54,277 nucleotides of DNA from Candidatus Kerfeldbacteria bacterium (GCA_016193315.1 JACPSJ010000001.1:350446-404722); one strand, 5' to 3'; positions 8,386 through 18,974 are shown, counted from the first letter of the stretch. Program-made: numbers and translations. The notes: generated by a model from the letters alone, not told the origin.

Positions 8386-10976
8386 CCGCCCCGACCCGAA
8401 TCAAAACACAACCCCCGGACAACAATATTTTCTCCCCCTTCACCGCGCTCTCAGTGCGCGATCTTTCATCACGGTTACAGACCTCAATCGAGAGTGGGCT
8501 GTCAGCGAAGGAAGCCGTGGACAGGTTAGTCAAGTTTGGCCCGAACGAAGTCAAAGCGAAAGAAGAAACGGCCGCCCAAATTCTCGTCCGCCAATGGCGG
8601 TCCCCATTTATTGCCCTGCTGGTCGGAGCGGCCGTGGTCTCGCTGGCGCTCGGCGAACGCATCGATGCGGCATTCATTGTTCTGTTTGTCATCATCAACA
8701 CGCTGCTGGGGTTCTATCAAGAATACCGCTCAGCCCAGGCGCTGCGACTACTGAAACAATACTTGAAAACCAATGTTACTGTTCGACGCGACCGCACCGA
8801 GCAGCTGATCGATAGTCGGCAGGTCGTACCGGGGGATATGATCATGCTCAAAGCCGGGGATACTGCGCCAGCTGATGTCCGGTTGGTCGAGGTTGACGAT
8901 CTGACCGTTGATGAATCCACGCTGACCGGTGAATCAGTACCGATCACCAAGCAATCGGGACCGCTAGATCATCCGACATCCGATCTCTTCCAAGCCATCA
9001 ACATCGTCTTTTCCGGCAGCACGATGATCAAGGGACAAGGCCAGGGCGTGGTCGTGGCCACCGGTCGGCAGTCGATCTTCGGCTCGATCAGCAGTTTGGC
9101 CACGGAGACTGAACGGGTCACGGATTTTCAGCAAGGCATTAATGGTTTCAGCCGTTTCATTCTCCGGATGGTGGCCGTGACCTTAGGCCTGATCATCATA
9201 GCCAATACTTTCTTGAAGGGCGGGGCCGGGATTGGGGAGTTCCTGGTTTTTGCCATCGCCCTGGCCGTCAGCGTCATCCCCGAGGCGTTGCCGGTGGTAA
9301 CTACCTTAGCCATGTCGCGCGGGGCCCTGCACTTGGCCCGCCGAAAAGTAGTGGTCAAACGACTGTCGGCGATTGAAGATTTGGGCAGTATTGAAGTCCT
9401 CTGTACTGACAAAACAGGCACAATTACGGAGAACAACTTAACGGTGTCTGAAGTCCGTGGGCGACCACGGAATGAGTGTCTCCAGGCCGCGGCGGTCGGG
9501 AGTAGTGCCGTCGAGCGAACCACCGACTTGCCCAACAGCTCTTTTGACGTCGCTGTCTGGCAGGCGCTTGATGCAACTGGCCAAGCCGAGGTCAATGCCT
9601 GGGCGGTCAAGCACGTCCTGCCGTTCGATCCGTTCCGGCGGCGTACCACCGTGGCCGTGACGAGGGGCGGGCAGTGGCGGATCATTAGTCGGGGTGCACC
9701 GGAAGTAATTCTTGAACATTGTACTGGGCTGACCTGGCCAGCACGCCAAGAGTGGCTGAGCTGGATTGAGGCTGTCGGCCGCCAGGGACGCCGGATTATG
9801 GCGGTGGCCGAGCGATTTTTCTCGACTAACCCTGGACCGTCAGACCTCGAGGATGAGCACGGTTTAAGCCTGGTGGGAATGATCGCTTTTCATGATCCGT
9901 TGAAACCGACGGCCGCCTCAGCCGTCGAACGAGCCAAGTCACTCGGGGTTCAAGTCAAGATTCTGACTGGGGATAGCCCGGAAGTCGCCGGCGCAGTGGC
10001 TCACCAGGTTGGCTTGATAGCCGCGCCGAGTCGGGTGATGACTGGTCAGCAACTTTTTGCCTTACCACCGCCCGAACAGACCGCCACCGTCTTGAGGCAG
10101 CCTGTCTTTGCGCGCGTTACTCCGGAGGACAAACTGCGGATCATCGGCCTGCTCCAGAAGCAGACTCACGTGGGCTTCTTAGGTGAGGGGGTAAACGACG
10201 CCCCCGCGCTGAAAGTCGCCAATGTTTCCATGGTGGTGGCTGGCGCGGCCGACATCGCCCGCGCCAGCGCCGACATCGTCCTTCTTCAGCGCCACCTTCA
10301 GGTGATCATCACCGGTATCGAAGAAGGACGACAGGTGTTCGCTAACACCATCAAATACATCAAAGCCACGCTGCTTTCGAACTTCGGTAATTTCTACTCG
10401 GTGGCCATCGCCTCGCTTCTGATTCCCTATTTGCCGATGCTACCAATCCAAATTCTGCTCGTCAACCTGCTGTCCGACTTCCCGATGATCAGTATTGCCG
10501 CCGACGCGGTCGATCCTAGCGAGTTACGGCGACCCAAGAGCTACCAAATTCGAGAAGTGGCGCTCTTGGCCACCATCCTCGGCTTAGTGAGCACGGTTTT
10601 TGACTTCGTTTTCTTTGGTCTCTTCTCACGCATCTCACCAGCCGCCCTGCAAACCAACTGGTTCATTGGCAGCATCCTCACTGAGCTGGTGGTCATCTAT
10701 TCTATTCGCACCCGCTTGCCATTCTTCCGCGCCAAACGTCCGCCCGCACTTATTCTGTGGTTGACGATCGCGGCGGCCGTGGTCACCATCGCCTTGCCGT
10801 TGACGAAGCTAGGCCAAACGGTCTTTCGTTTTTCCCGGCCAGAGCCGATCTACTTCTTATGGATCGCAATCATCGTCGTCGGCTACTTCTACGTAACCGA
10901 AGTCGTCAAGCACTTCTACTATCGCTATGTGGTAGGCCGGAGCCGCCATCCGGAACTGGCCTGGGCTAGAAGGTAG
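8382..10976 (+). CDS. P-type cation ATPase, MgtA-like (probably Mg2+)
   Basis: TGES, PEALP, DKTGT, FDPFRRR, SNFGN, PMLPIQILL.NL, FQ/LQTNWF..S. Confidence 0.85.
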   Translation: MTAPTRIKTQPPDNNIFSPFTALSVRDLSSRLQTSIESGLSAKEAVDRLVKFGPNEVKAKEETAAQILVRQWRSPFIALLVGAAVVSLALGERIDAAFIVLFVIINTLLGFYQEYRSAQALRLLKQYLKTNVTVRRDRTEQLIDSRQVVPGDMIMLKAGDTAPADVRLVEVDDLTVDESTLTGESVPITKQSGPLDHPTSDLFQAINIVFSGSTMIKGQGQGVVVATGRQSIFGSISSLATETERVTDFQQGINGFSRFILRMVAVTLGLIIIANTFLKGGAGIGEFLVFAIALAVSVIPEALPVVTTLAMSRGALHLARRKVVVKRLSAIEDLGSIEVLCTDKTGTITENNLTVSEVRGRPRNECLQAAAVGSSAVERTTDLPNSSFDVAVWQALDATGQAEVNAWAVKHVLPFDPFRRRTTVAVTRGGQWRIISRGAPEVILEHCTGLTWPARQEWLSWIEAVGRQGRRIMAVAERFFSTNPGPSDLEDEHGLSLVGMIAFHDPLKPTAASAVERAKSLGVQVKILTGDSPEVAGAVAHQVGLIAAPSRVMTGQQLFALPPPEQTATVLRQPVFARVTPEDKLRIIGLLQKQTHVGFLGEGVNDAPALKVANVSMVVAGAADIARASADIVLLQRHLQVIITGIEEGRQVFANTIKYIKATLLSNFGNFYSVAIASLLIPYLPMLPIQILLVNLLSDFPMISIAADAVDPSELRRPKSYQIREVALLATILGLVSTVFDFVFFGLFSRISPAALQTNWFIGSILTELVVIYSIRTRLPFFRAKRPPALILWLTIAAAVVTIALPLTKLGQTVFRFSRPEPIYFLWIAIIVVGYFYVTEVVKHFYYRYVVGRSRHPELAWARR

Positions 10977-10977
10977 C

Positions 10978-12222
10978 ATGTTTCACCCCCGAAAAATCTT
11001 TCGCCGTATCGGCCCCGGCGTCATCACCGGCGCCTCTGATGATGACCCTTCCGGAATCATCACGTACTCGCAAGCCGGGGCCCAATTCGGCTACGGACTG
11101 CTCTGGCTAGCCGTCTTTACCACGCCGTTGATGATGGCCGTTCAGGAGATGTCGGGCCGCCTGGGGTTAGTCACCGGCCGCGGGTTAGCGTATCTGCTCC
11201 GTCGGCACGTGGCGCCAGCGGTGGCGCTGATTATTTCGCTCTTAGTCCTGGTGGTCAACACGCTTAATGTCGGCGCCGATTTAGGGGCCATGGCCGAGGT
11301 CACGACGCTTTTATGGCCAGGCCCGGCCAGCTGGAACCTGCTCGGCTTTGCGGCCATTATCCTCGGACTTGAAATCTGGTTGACCTACCGGCGTTACGTC
11401 AATATCCTGAAGTGGTTGACCCTGTCACTCTTGACCTATGTGGCCGCGGCGCTGGCGGTGACGACTGACTGGACGGCGATCTTCCAGCAAGCCCTTATTC
11501 CTCACTGGCCGCCGGTCACGGCGTGGGGACTGATCGTGGCCGTACTCGGCACCACCCTCTCTCCCTATCTCTTTTTTTGGCAAGCCTCGGAGGAGGTGGA
11601 AGAGGAGCGTGAAGAGCAACGTCGGGCTCATCGAACCGTACCGATCACACCGCCACGATTATCGGCGATGCGGCGGGATACGGTCTGGGGTATGGTTTTT
11701 TCCAATGTGGTGATGTTCTTTATCATTGTCACGGCGGCTGGCACCCTCCACCAGGCGGGACTAACCACCCTTGAGTCGGCTCGTCAGGCGGCGGAAGCGC
11801 TCCGGCCGGTAGCCGGGCCGCTAACGTTTACTTTGTTCGCCCTCGGCATTATCGGGACTGGCCTGCTGGCGGTACCTATTTTGGCTGGCTCGGCGGCCTA
11901 CGCCGTGGCCGAGGTCTTCGGTTGGCCCGAGGGGTTATCGAAACACGTTCGTCAGGCGCCCGCCTTCTACCTGGTGATCGTCGTCGCCATCGTTTTCGGG
12001 TTGGTGGCGAACGCCGTTGGTTTATCACCGGTTCGTCTCCTGCTATTGACCGCGGTCATGAACGGTTTGCTGGCGCCAGTTATCCTATTCTTCCTCCTTC
12101 GCCTCGCCGACCGACCGAGCGTAGTTGGCGAACACCGCAGCCCGCGGTGGGTCCAGGTTGGTGGCTGGTCAGCGTTCGCCGTGCTGGTGATTGCAGCTAT
12201 CGTCCTTATCAGCCAGTGGTGA
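10978..12222 (+). CDS. NRAMP-family divalent metal transporter
   Basis: GPGVITGASDDDPSGI, QEMSGRLG.VTG.G, GTTLSPYLFFWQ. Confidence 0.88.
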   Translation: MFHPRKIFRRIGPGVITGASDDDPSGIITYSQAGAQFGYGLLWLAVFTTPLMMAVQEMSGRLGLVTGRGLAYLLRRHVAPAVALIISLLVLVVNTLNVGADLGAMAEVTTLLWPGPASWNLLGFAAIILGLEIWLTYRRYVNILKWLTLSLLTYVAAALAVTTDWTAIFQQALIPHWPPVTAWGLIVAVLGTTLSPYLFFWQASEEVEEEREEQRRAHRTVPITPPRLSAMRRDTVWGMVFSNVVMFFIIVTAAGTLHQAGLTTLESARQAAEALRPVAGPLTFTLFALGIIGTGLLAVPILAGSAAYAVAEVFGWPEGLSKHVRQAPAFYLVIVVAIVFGLVANAVGLSPVRLLLLTAVMNGLLAPVILFFLLRLADRPSVVGEHRSPRWVQVGGWSAFAVLVIAAIVLISQW

Positions 12223-12226
12223 ACGA

Positions 12227-14956
12227 ATGGAACTTCCCCCGTGGCATAGCCTGACGGTTGAAGCTTCGCTCGAGCGACTGGGCTCGACGCTGGAAGGCTG
12301 GTCTCCGGATCAGGCAGAATCCGCACGCCAAATCTTTGGTCCGAACAGTCTACCCCCGCCGCCCGAGCGGCTGCCGTGGCAACTGTTTCTTGATCAATTC
12401 CGGAGCGCGCTGATTTACATCTTAGTCATCGCCGCCACCATCTCACTGCTGATCGGCGAAACGCGCGATGCGATTGTTATCTTCGGCGTCGTCCTCCTCA
12501 ACGCGGCCATCGGCTACCGCCAGGAACGACAGGCGTCGCGAGCGATGAGCGAACTGCTGCAACTCCCGACCGATGAGGTAAACGTTATTCGCGACGGGCA
12601 GGAATTGCGTTTGCCTATCGGCGCGGTGGTGGTCGGCGATATCGTCGTGGTGGCTACCGGCGACAGCGTCCCCGCCGATGGGCGATGGGTCGAGACCCTC
12701 AGTTTACGGCTTAACGAAGCCAGCCTAACCGGCGAGTCCGTGCCGATCAGTAAAGTGAGCGATCCGTTGCCGTCTTCGACGGCCTTGACCGACCAACACA
12801 ACATGGGGTGGCGGGGGACGACGGTTGTAGCCGGACGCGGGCAGCTGCTGGTCACGGCCACCGGCCCGAACACCCGGTTCGGGTCGATCATCGCCGAGAT
12901 GCAGACCGTCGATCGCCGGACCACGCCATTTCAAGTGAAGTTGAATACCTTCTCCCGGCGCCTGGCGGTGGCCACGCTTGGTCTCGGTTTGCTTCTTTTC
13001 CTACTCGGACTGGCCCGCCAGTTCCCGATCTCGCAGATGTTCCTGCTGACGGTCAGCATGATTGTGTCGATTATCCCCGAAGGCCTACCGGTGGTGATCA
13101 CCGTGGCCATGGCCTATGGCATGCGGGCCATGGCGCGACGGCAGGTAGTGGTCCGCACCCTGGCCTCGGTGGAAACGCTCGGCGCGGTCACCGTGGCCGC
13201 GACCGACAAGACCGGAACACTGACCTATGGCGAAATGATGATGGTCAAGGCTTGGGTCGACCGCCAGGTTTTTCACTTCACCGGCGAGGGCTACCGTCCG
13301 GCCGGAGACATTTTTCTGCACGATCGAAAAGTGGCGGCCGCCGAACACCCCGGGTTGAGCTTACTACTTCGCTTCGGGGCTTTGAACAATGACGCTCGAT
13401 TTTCTCTTGATCAGCATGGCCGGCGGGTGCCGATCGGCGACCCGACCGAGTTGGCACTGGTAGTGGCGGCCGAGAAAGGCGGGTGGCGGAAGATGGAACT
13501 TGAAGATGCGCATCCCCGGCGAGGGGAATTTCCCTTTGACTACCAACGAAAATACATGGTCACCTGGCACGAGTGGGAAAAGGACCAACGGTTGGTGGTG
13601 GTCAAGGGCGCGCCCCAGTCGATCCTTAGTCTCTGTCAGCGGCAATGGCGGCGGGCGGACATCGCCCCGTTGGGAGATGTTGATCGGGCGGCCGCCATGG
13701 AACTGTATGAGCAATGGGCGGCCGATGCCCTGCGCGGCCTGGCGATTGGGTACGCGATCCAACCGAAGGACGGGTCAATCGAGTCGATCGACTCGTTGGG
13801 GCCAGCCTTGGTTTTTGTCGGCCTGGTTGGTCTCCAAGATGCGGTGCGACCGGAAGCGCGGTCAGCTATCATCGCCATGCGCCAAGCCGGCATCCGGACG
13901 ATCATGGTCACTGGCGACTTCCGCCGGACCGGCGAAGCGGTGGCCGCGCGATTGGCGCTGCTGGACGGCGCCGGTTCAACGGCGGTGCTCGATGGGGCTG
14001 AGGTTGATCGCCTGGATGATCAACGCCTGGCCGCGCGGTTAGCGACCGTCCGGGTAGGGACACGTCTGACCCCGGAACATAAGCTACGGATCGCCCGCCT
14101 CCTCAAGCGCAGCGGGGAAATCGTGGCCATGACCGGTGACGGCATTAACGACGTTCCGGCCCTGACCGAGGCTGACGTCGGTATTGCCGTTGGTCGACAG
14201 AGCAGCGATGCGGCCAAGGAAGCGGCTGACTTGGTGTTGGTCGACGGTAACTTTGAAAATGTCACCGCCGCCATTGCCGAAGGCCGGCGGATCTATCGCA
14301 ATATCCGGCGGGCGATGTTTTACTTGTTGGCCTCGAACTTCGGCGAACTCCTGCTGATCGTCATCACCCTGCTGGCCGGTTTGCCCTTGCCCCTTTTGCC
14401 GACGCACATCATTTGGCTCAATGCCGTGACCGACCCGTTCCTAGGAATCGCGCTAGCCCGTGAGCCGAAGAGCCCGACGGTCATGACCGAACAGCCCCAC
14501 GACCCCGGCGAACCAATTGTCACTCGTGGCGTCTGGGCGCGGATCGCCTCCGCCGCCACGGCCATCGCCGCCGGCTCGTTCGTCGTCTACTTGTATGGGC
14601 AGCTGGCCGATCGAAGTCCGGCCCAACAATTTGGCTTGACGCTCACCACCATCGCCTTAGCCGAGTGGCTGACCGGGTTGGCGGCCCGCTCGGCCACCCG
14701 CTCGGTATTCCGCCTGGTCAACCAGAACTGGAGCATGATCGCCGCCTTCATCACCGTCGTCAGCCTGCAGGTCATGATTCTCTACATCCCCGCGCTGGCC
14801 AACCTATTCCATATCGCCCCGCTCAGCTTCGGCGATTGGTTGGTGGCTTTGGCCGGAGCTCTCCCGGTCCTGGCGATGGAAGAAGTTCGTAAATGGTGGA
14901 TTCGGCGACGTTATCAGTCTGGCCGGCAAACTCAATCCCTGACGGCCAAGGCATGA
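12227..14956 (+). CDS. P-type cation ATPase, type IIA (Ca2+/cation-like)
   Basis: TGES, PEGLP, DKTGTLT, GDPTE, KGAP, TGDGIND; ATG at 12227 preferred. Confidence 0.88.
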   Translation: MELPPWHSLTVEASLERLGSTLEGWSPDQAESARQIFGPNSLPPPPERLPWQLFLDQFRSALIYILVIAATISLLIGETRDAIVIFGVVLLNAAIGYRQERQASRAMSELLQLPTDEVNVIRDGQELRLPIGAVVVGDIVVVATGDSVPADGRWVETLSLRLNEASLTGESVPISKVSDPLPSSTALTDQHNMGWRGTTVVAGRGQLLVTATGPNTRFGSIIAEMQTVDRRTTPFQVKLNTFSRRLAVATLGLGLLLFLLGLARQFPISQMFLLTVSMIVSIIPEGLPVVITVAMAYGMRAMARRQVVVRTLASVETLGAVTVAATDKTGTLTYGEMMMVKAWVDRQVFHFTGEGYRPAGDIFLHDRKVAAAEHPGLSLLLRFGALNNDARFSLDQHGRRVPIGDPTELALVVAAEKGGWRKMELEDAHPRRGEFPFDYQRKYMVTWHEWEKDQRLVVVKGAPQSILSLCQRQWRRADIAPLGDVDRAAAMELYEQWAADALRGLAIGYAIQPKDGSIESIDSLGPALVFVGLVGLQDAVRPEARSAIIAMRQAGIRTIMVTGDFRRTGEAVAARLALLDGAGSTAVLDGAEVDRLDDQRLAARLATVRVGTRLTPEHKLRIARLLKRSGEIVAMTGDGINDVPALTEADVGIAVGRQSSDAAKEAADLVLVDGNFENVTAAIAEGRRIYRNIRRAMFYLLASNFGELLLIVITLLAGLPLPLLPTHIIWLNAVTDPFLGIALAREPKSPTVMTEQPHDPGEPIVTRGVWARIASAATAIAAGSFVVYLYGQLADRSPAQQFGLTLTTIALAEWLTGLAARSATRSVFRLVNQNWSMIAAFITVVSLQVMILYIPALANLFHIAPLSFGDWLVALAGALPVLAMEEVRKWWIRRRYQSGRQTQSLTAKA

Positions 14957-15513
14957 AACAACCGCGGCTCATCGTTTTCGTCCTCCTACAGCTGGTACTC
15001 CTAGCCATCGAGCTGGCTACCGATTATGACACGACTCGTCGCCAGCTGGCCTTGGGTCTGACGAATGTGGTCGCCGTGCTGGGCGTGTTGGTCTTCGAGC
15101 GCTGGTTGCGCCGTCGCGGCGGGCGGTTGTCAATCACCACCTTACTGATGGTGGCCGGCGCGGTCTGGATTGATGCCCTGGGAAATTTCCAGCATCTCTA
15201 TGCCGGGTTCTGGTGGTGGGATCGATTGACCCATGTCACCGGCGGCATGGCGGTCAGTGCCTTCTTCACCGATCTATTCCTGGCGCGACGTACCGTGAGC
15301 CAGACCACTCTCTCGTGGCGGCACGCGGTCGGAGACGGCTTCTTGCTCGGGCAGTTCGTCAGCGCGATGTATGAAGTCAGCGAGTGGCTAGGTGACTGGT
15401 GGTTCAAGACCGAGCGGGTCCGCGGTCTGTTCGATGCGCCGCGGGACTTATTCTTTAATCTCGTGGGGGGGCTGCTGGTGGTGATTTTCTTTTGGCGATC
15501 AAAAGGGCGGTAA
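14953..15513 (+). CDS. Membrane protein, DUF2238-like
   Basis: WWDRLTH..GG, YE..EW, D...DL..N..G; ATGA overlap with the ATPase stop. Confidence 0.6.
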   Translation: MKQPRLIVFVLLQLVLLAIELATDYDTTRRQLALGLTNVVAVLGVLVFERWLRRRGGRLSITTLLMVAGAVWIDALGNFQHLYAGFWWWDRLTHVTGGMAVSAFFTDLFLARRTVSQTTLSWRHAVGDGFLLGQFVSAMYEVSEWLGDWWFKTERVRGLFDAPRDLFFNLVGGLLVVIFFWRSKGR

Positions 15514-15663
15514 CGGGAATTAGATCAGACGCTTGTAAACCTGGTGGGTTCGACTTTGAAAGCGGTGGGGCGACGAATGGTTTTTTCGTTTGCGGAATAG
15601 CCATCCGAATGATATAATCAAGACTGCGTTTTCTGCTGACGACATTAGTCGAAATTACGTTTG

Positions 15664-17049
15664 ATGAACCGCACGCTCGCCGGAGAAACTCCCGGTTTGG
15701 TCGGCCAGGAGGTGTTGCTGAAAGGGTGGGTCCATGTCCGCCGCGACATGGGCAAGATTATTTTCATCCATCTACGCGATCGCAGCGGCCAGGTCCAGAT
15801 CGTATTTGGGCCAGACCACCCGGATTACGAAACGGCCAAGACGCTGCGGGATGAGTTCGTGATTGAAGTCGGGGGGCAGGTTATCCAGCGAAGTCCCAAG
15901 AACATCAACCCCAAATTACCAACGGGCACCGTCGAGGTCCAGGCCAAGAAACTGATCGTGCTGTCGGCCGCGGCCACGCCGCCATTCCCGCTTGACGACA
16001 CCAAGCCAGTCAATGAGGACACTCGGCTGACCTACCGCTATCTTGACCTTCGTAGCCAGCGGATGAATGCCAACATTCGCTTCCGCTCACTGGTGGCGAT
16101 GTGGTTGCGGAACTATTTAACCAACCGGGGATTCGTCGAGATCGAAACGCCGTACATCACCAAAGGGACACCCGAAGGTGCCCGCGAGTTCATTATCCCC
16201 TCCCGGCTGCACCGCGGCCAGTTTTACGTTCTGCCCCAGAGCCCGCAGCAATTCAAGCAACTGTTGATGGTCGCCGGCATGGAGCGGTATTTTCAGATCG
16301 TTCGCTGCTTCCGCGATGAAGACCAGCGCGGTGACCGGCAGCCTGAGTTTACCCAACTCGACTTAGAAATGTCGTTCGTCGCTCAAGATGAGGTGCTCGA
16401 GCTGACGGAAAAAATGTTTACTGCCCTGGTCCACGAATTATGTCCGCAGAAACACATCACCACCATGCCATTTCCTCGGATTACCTACGCCCAGGCGATG
16501 AAGCAGTGGGGGAGCGATAAGCCAGACATTCGACAGCACCAGCAGGATCCCGATGAACTTGGCTTTTGCTTCATTGTCGATGCGCCGTTGTTTGAATACT
16601 CAGCCACCGAAAAAAAGTTGGTCAGCACCCATCATTTGTTTACCGCCCCCCATGGCCACGACGTCGCGCTGCTTGATACCGACCCGGCCAAGGTCAGAGG
16701 CCAACAATACGACTTTGTGCTCAATGGATTTGAAATTGCCGGCGGTTCGATTCGGATTCACGACCAAGAACTGCAACGCAAGATTTTTAAGCTGCTCCAG
16801 TTGACTGATCAAGAAATCGCTACCAAGTTCGGGCACCTGCTCCGCGCCTTCGCCTATGGCGTGCCGCCTCACGGCGGGATCGCGCCGGGCCTGGATCGTC
16901 TGGTGATGATTCTGCGTCATGAACCGAATATCCGCGAGGTCATGGCTTTTCCCAAAACCGGTGACGGCCGCGACCTGATGATGGGTGCGCCGAGCGAACT
17001 GCCGGCCAGCGCCCTCCGCGAAGCGCATATCGCCCCCCGTGGTTCCTAA
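15664..17049 (+). CDS. aspS: Aspartyl-tRNA synthetase (short form lacking the GAD insertion)
   Basis: OB-fold N-terminus, RYLDLR, LPQSPQQFKQLLM, FRDED, GGSIRI, PPHGGIA.GLDR. Confidence 0.95.
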   Translation: MNRTLAGETPGLVGQEVLLKGWVHVRRDMGKIIFIHLRDRSGQVQIVFGPDHPDYETAKTLRDEFVIEVGGQVIQRSPKNINPKLPTGTVEVQAKKLIVLSAAATPPFPLDDTKPVNEDTRLTYRYLDLRSQRMNANIRFRSLVAMWLRNYLTNRGFVEIETPYITKGTPEGAREFIIPSRLHRGQFYVLPQSPQQFKQLLMVAGMERYFQIVRCFRDEDQRGDRQPEFTQLDLEMSFVAQDEVLELTEKMFTALVHELCPQKHITTMPFPRITYAQAMKQWGSDKPDIRQHQQDPDELGFCFIVDAPLFEYSATEKKLVSTHHLFTAPHGHDVALLDTDPAKVRGQQYDFVLNGFEIAGGSIRIHDQELQRKIFKLLQLTDQEIATKFGHLLRAFAYGVPPHGGIAPGLDRLVMILRHEPNIREVMAFPKTGDGRDLMMGAPSELPASALREAHIAPRGS

Positions 17050-17102
17050 CATCCTGGTCCGGCGACCACCAATCTTGAATCCTTAACCTTCCACCCTCAC
17101 TC

Positions 17103-17393
17103 ATGCGGCTGTCGGCTCTGCAGCGCTACATTCTCCGCGACAGTTATCTCCAGCGCCGGGACCGAGTGCCCCGCCAGCCGTTCCTGAAATTCTATCGGAC
17201 CGCCAAGCCGCGGCACATGATGGTCGAGACGGTCACCAAGTCCCTCGAGCGCCTGATCGACCGCGGCCTAATGATCGGCTACGGCCGACGGACGCCGAAG
17301 AAATGGTTTATCGATGAGGTGGCGTTGACGCCCCTGGGGCGTGGAACGGCCAGAAAACTGTTAGGCCAGCAGCAAAAACTTCCTTTTCTTTAA
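17103..17393 (+). CDS. Small basic protein, winged-helix-like
   Basis: VTKSLERLIDRGL...VALTPLGR resembles a wHTH recognition helix and wing. Confidence 0.55.
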   Translation: MRLSALQRYILRDSYLQRRDRVPRQPFLKFYRTAKPRHMMVETVTKSLERLIDRGLMIGYGRRTPKKWFIDEVALTPLGRGTARKLLGQQQKLPFL

Positions 17394-17401
17394 GAATTTC
17401 T

Positions 17402-18040
17402 ATGAAAATGCAAAAACAAATTCCAGCGGTTTTTCTCGGTATTGTTCTTATCATTGCCGCGGTTATTTATTTTCTTCCGCGTCTGACTGAAAAATCCTCA
17501 GTCACCATGTTAACGCCAACCGTGAAGCCTGGAGAACAAGCGAAATTTCAAATTCACTGGGCTCCTAGAGATTATGGATTCCTTAACGAACAAACTGTTC
17601 AGATTACGGATAGTACCGGTCAGAATCGTTTGCTTTCAGTCGAACGTTTTTTCGCTGATCAGGGAATCGACTCGGATGAAATTTATCAGATTGGAAAAAC
17701 CAGCAAAGACCCGGAAACGTGGTTAACACAGGGCCAGAAAATAACTGCTGGTCTGGCGTCAGGCTCTGGTTTTATGAATACTGGGTACGACGAGATATTA
17801 GCTCAGTACGAATCAAAAGTACGGACCGACAGCGCTCGTCCGTTTATTACTGAAGACTTGGGTTGCGGCATTGGACTTGGAGACGCATCCGGAGATAATT
17901 CGGAGGCGATAACAACTGTGTACGCGGTCACTGTCTTACCAAAAACTGAACCTGGAACGTAGACGTTAAAACTCCGGCCCGACAATTTTTGTGAGTCCGG
18001 AGGATTGACAGCCGACTTACACTTCACAATAACTTCATAA
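17402..18040 (+). pseudogene. Membrane-anchored protein with probable premature TAG at 17960-17962
   Basis: N-terminal TM; frame continues past the stop as EPGT*TLKLRPDNFC...FTITS to TAA 18038-18040; AT-richer than flanks. Confidence 0.5.
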
Positions 18041-18058
18041 ATCACTAACTATCTTTCT

Positions 18059-18405
18059 ATGGCTGTTCCCGCCAAGGTCACAAAAAAACTCGACCGCGAA
18101 AAAGTGAAATACGAGTTCGTCCCGCACAAAACCGTTTTCACCGTCTACGACTTGGCCCAGACACTGAAGACGAAACTAAACACCATCGCCAAAACCCTGC
18201 TCGTCAAAGCCGACGCCGAGTACCGCCTAGAACTCATTTCAAAACCTCATTTCGGCTGCAAGGCCCGATTTCGGGCTGCGGCTGGCGGCTCGGGCTCAAT
18301 GTATCTCCAATACATTTCGCCCTCCGCCGCAGCGCCTCGCCCGCGAAACCGACCATTTCGCCATGAAAGCAGGTTTTGAAATGAGTTCTAGTCATTCTGC
18401 CGGCT
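18059..18405 (+). pseudogene. 5' remnant of a YbaK/EbsC gene interrupted by the family M element
   Basis: 39/57 residues identical to 18496-18969; VILPA resumes right after the element. Confidence 0.85.
18228..18390. mobile_element. 159-bp MITE-like element, copy 2 (family M)
   Basis: Same TIRs; removing the element and one TA restores CGC CTA GTC (R-L-V). Confidence 0.9.
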
Positions 18406-18495
18406 CCTCGGACAACAGCAAAAACTTCCACTGGAATCCTAACTCTTCAATCCTAAATCCTTAATCCTCAATCTTACTACCTAAATCACAACCCC

Positions 18496-18969
18496 ATGCC
18501 CGTCCCAGCCAAAGTGAAGAATTACCTGAGCAAAATGAAAATCCAGCACCGTCTGGTGCCGCATAAAACAGTCTTCACGGTCTACGACTTGTCTCAAACG
18601 CTCAAAGTGAAGCTCAACGAGATCGTCAAAACCCTGCTGGTCAAAGCTGACCAAGAATACAAACTAGTCCTCTTACCGGCTCACCGACGACTGAATCTAG
18701 AGGCCTTGAAACGGCTGCTCGGTGCCAAAAAAGTCAGTTTGGCCTCGGAAGGAGAAATGACCAAGATGATGAAAGTCAAGCCGGGCGCCTTAACCCCCTT
18801 CGGCCAACTCTACAAGTTGGGGGTGGTGGTCGACCAGGGACTGGTCAAAGCGGAACAGATGATTTTCGGCGCCGGCAGCTTCACCGAGTCAATCAAGATG
18901 AAAGTCAAAGATTTTCTCCGCCACGAACAACCAACGGTCGGCCGCGTCTCCGAAGCGCCAAAGAAATAA
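18496..18969 (+). CDS. YbaK/EbsC (ProX-like) aminoacyl-tRNA deacylase family protein
   Basis: KTLLVK, LA.E.E, PGALTPFG, GAGS. Confidence 0.88.
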   Translation: MPVPAKVKNYLSKMKIQHRLVPHKTVFTVYDLSQTLKVKLNEIVKTLLVKADQEYKLVLLPAHRRLNLEALKRLLGAKKVSLASEGEMTKMMKVKPGALTPFGQLYKLGVVVDQGLVKAEQMIFGAGSFTESIKMKVKDFLRHEQPTVGRVSEAPKK

Positions 18970-18974
18970 TTCTC

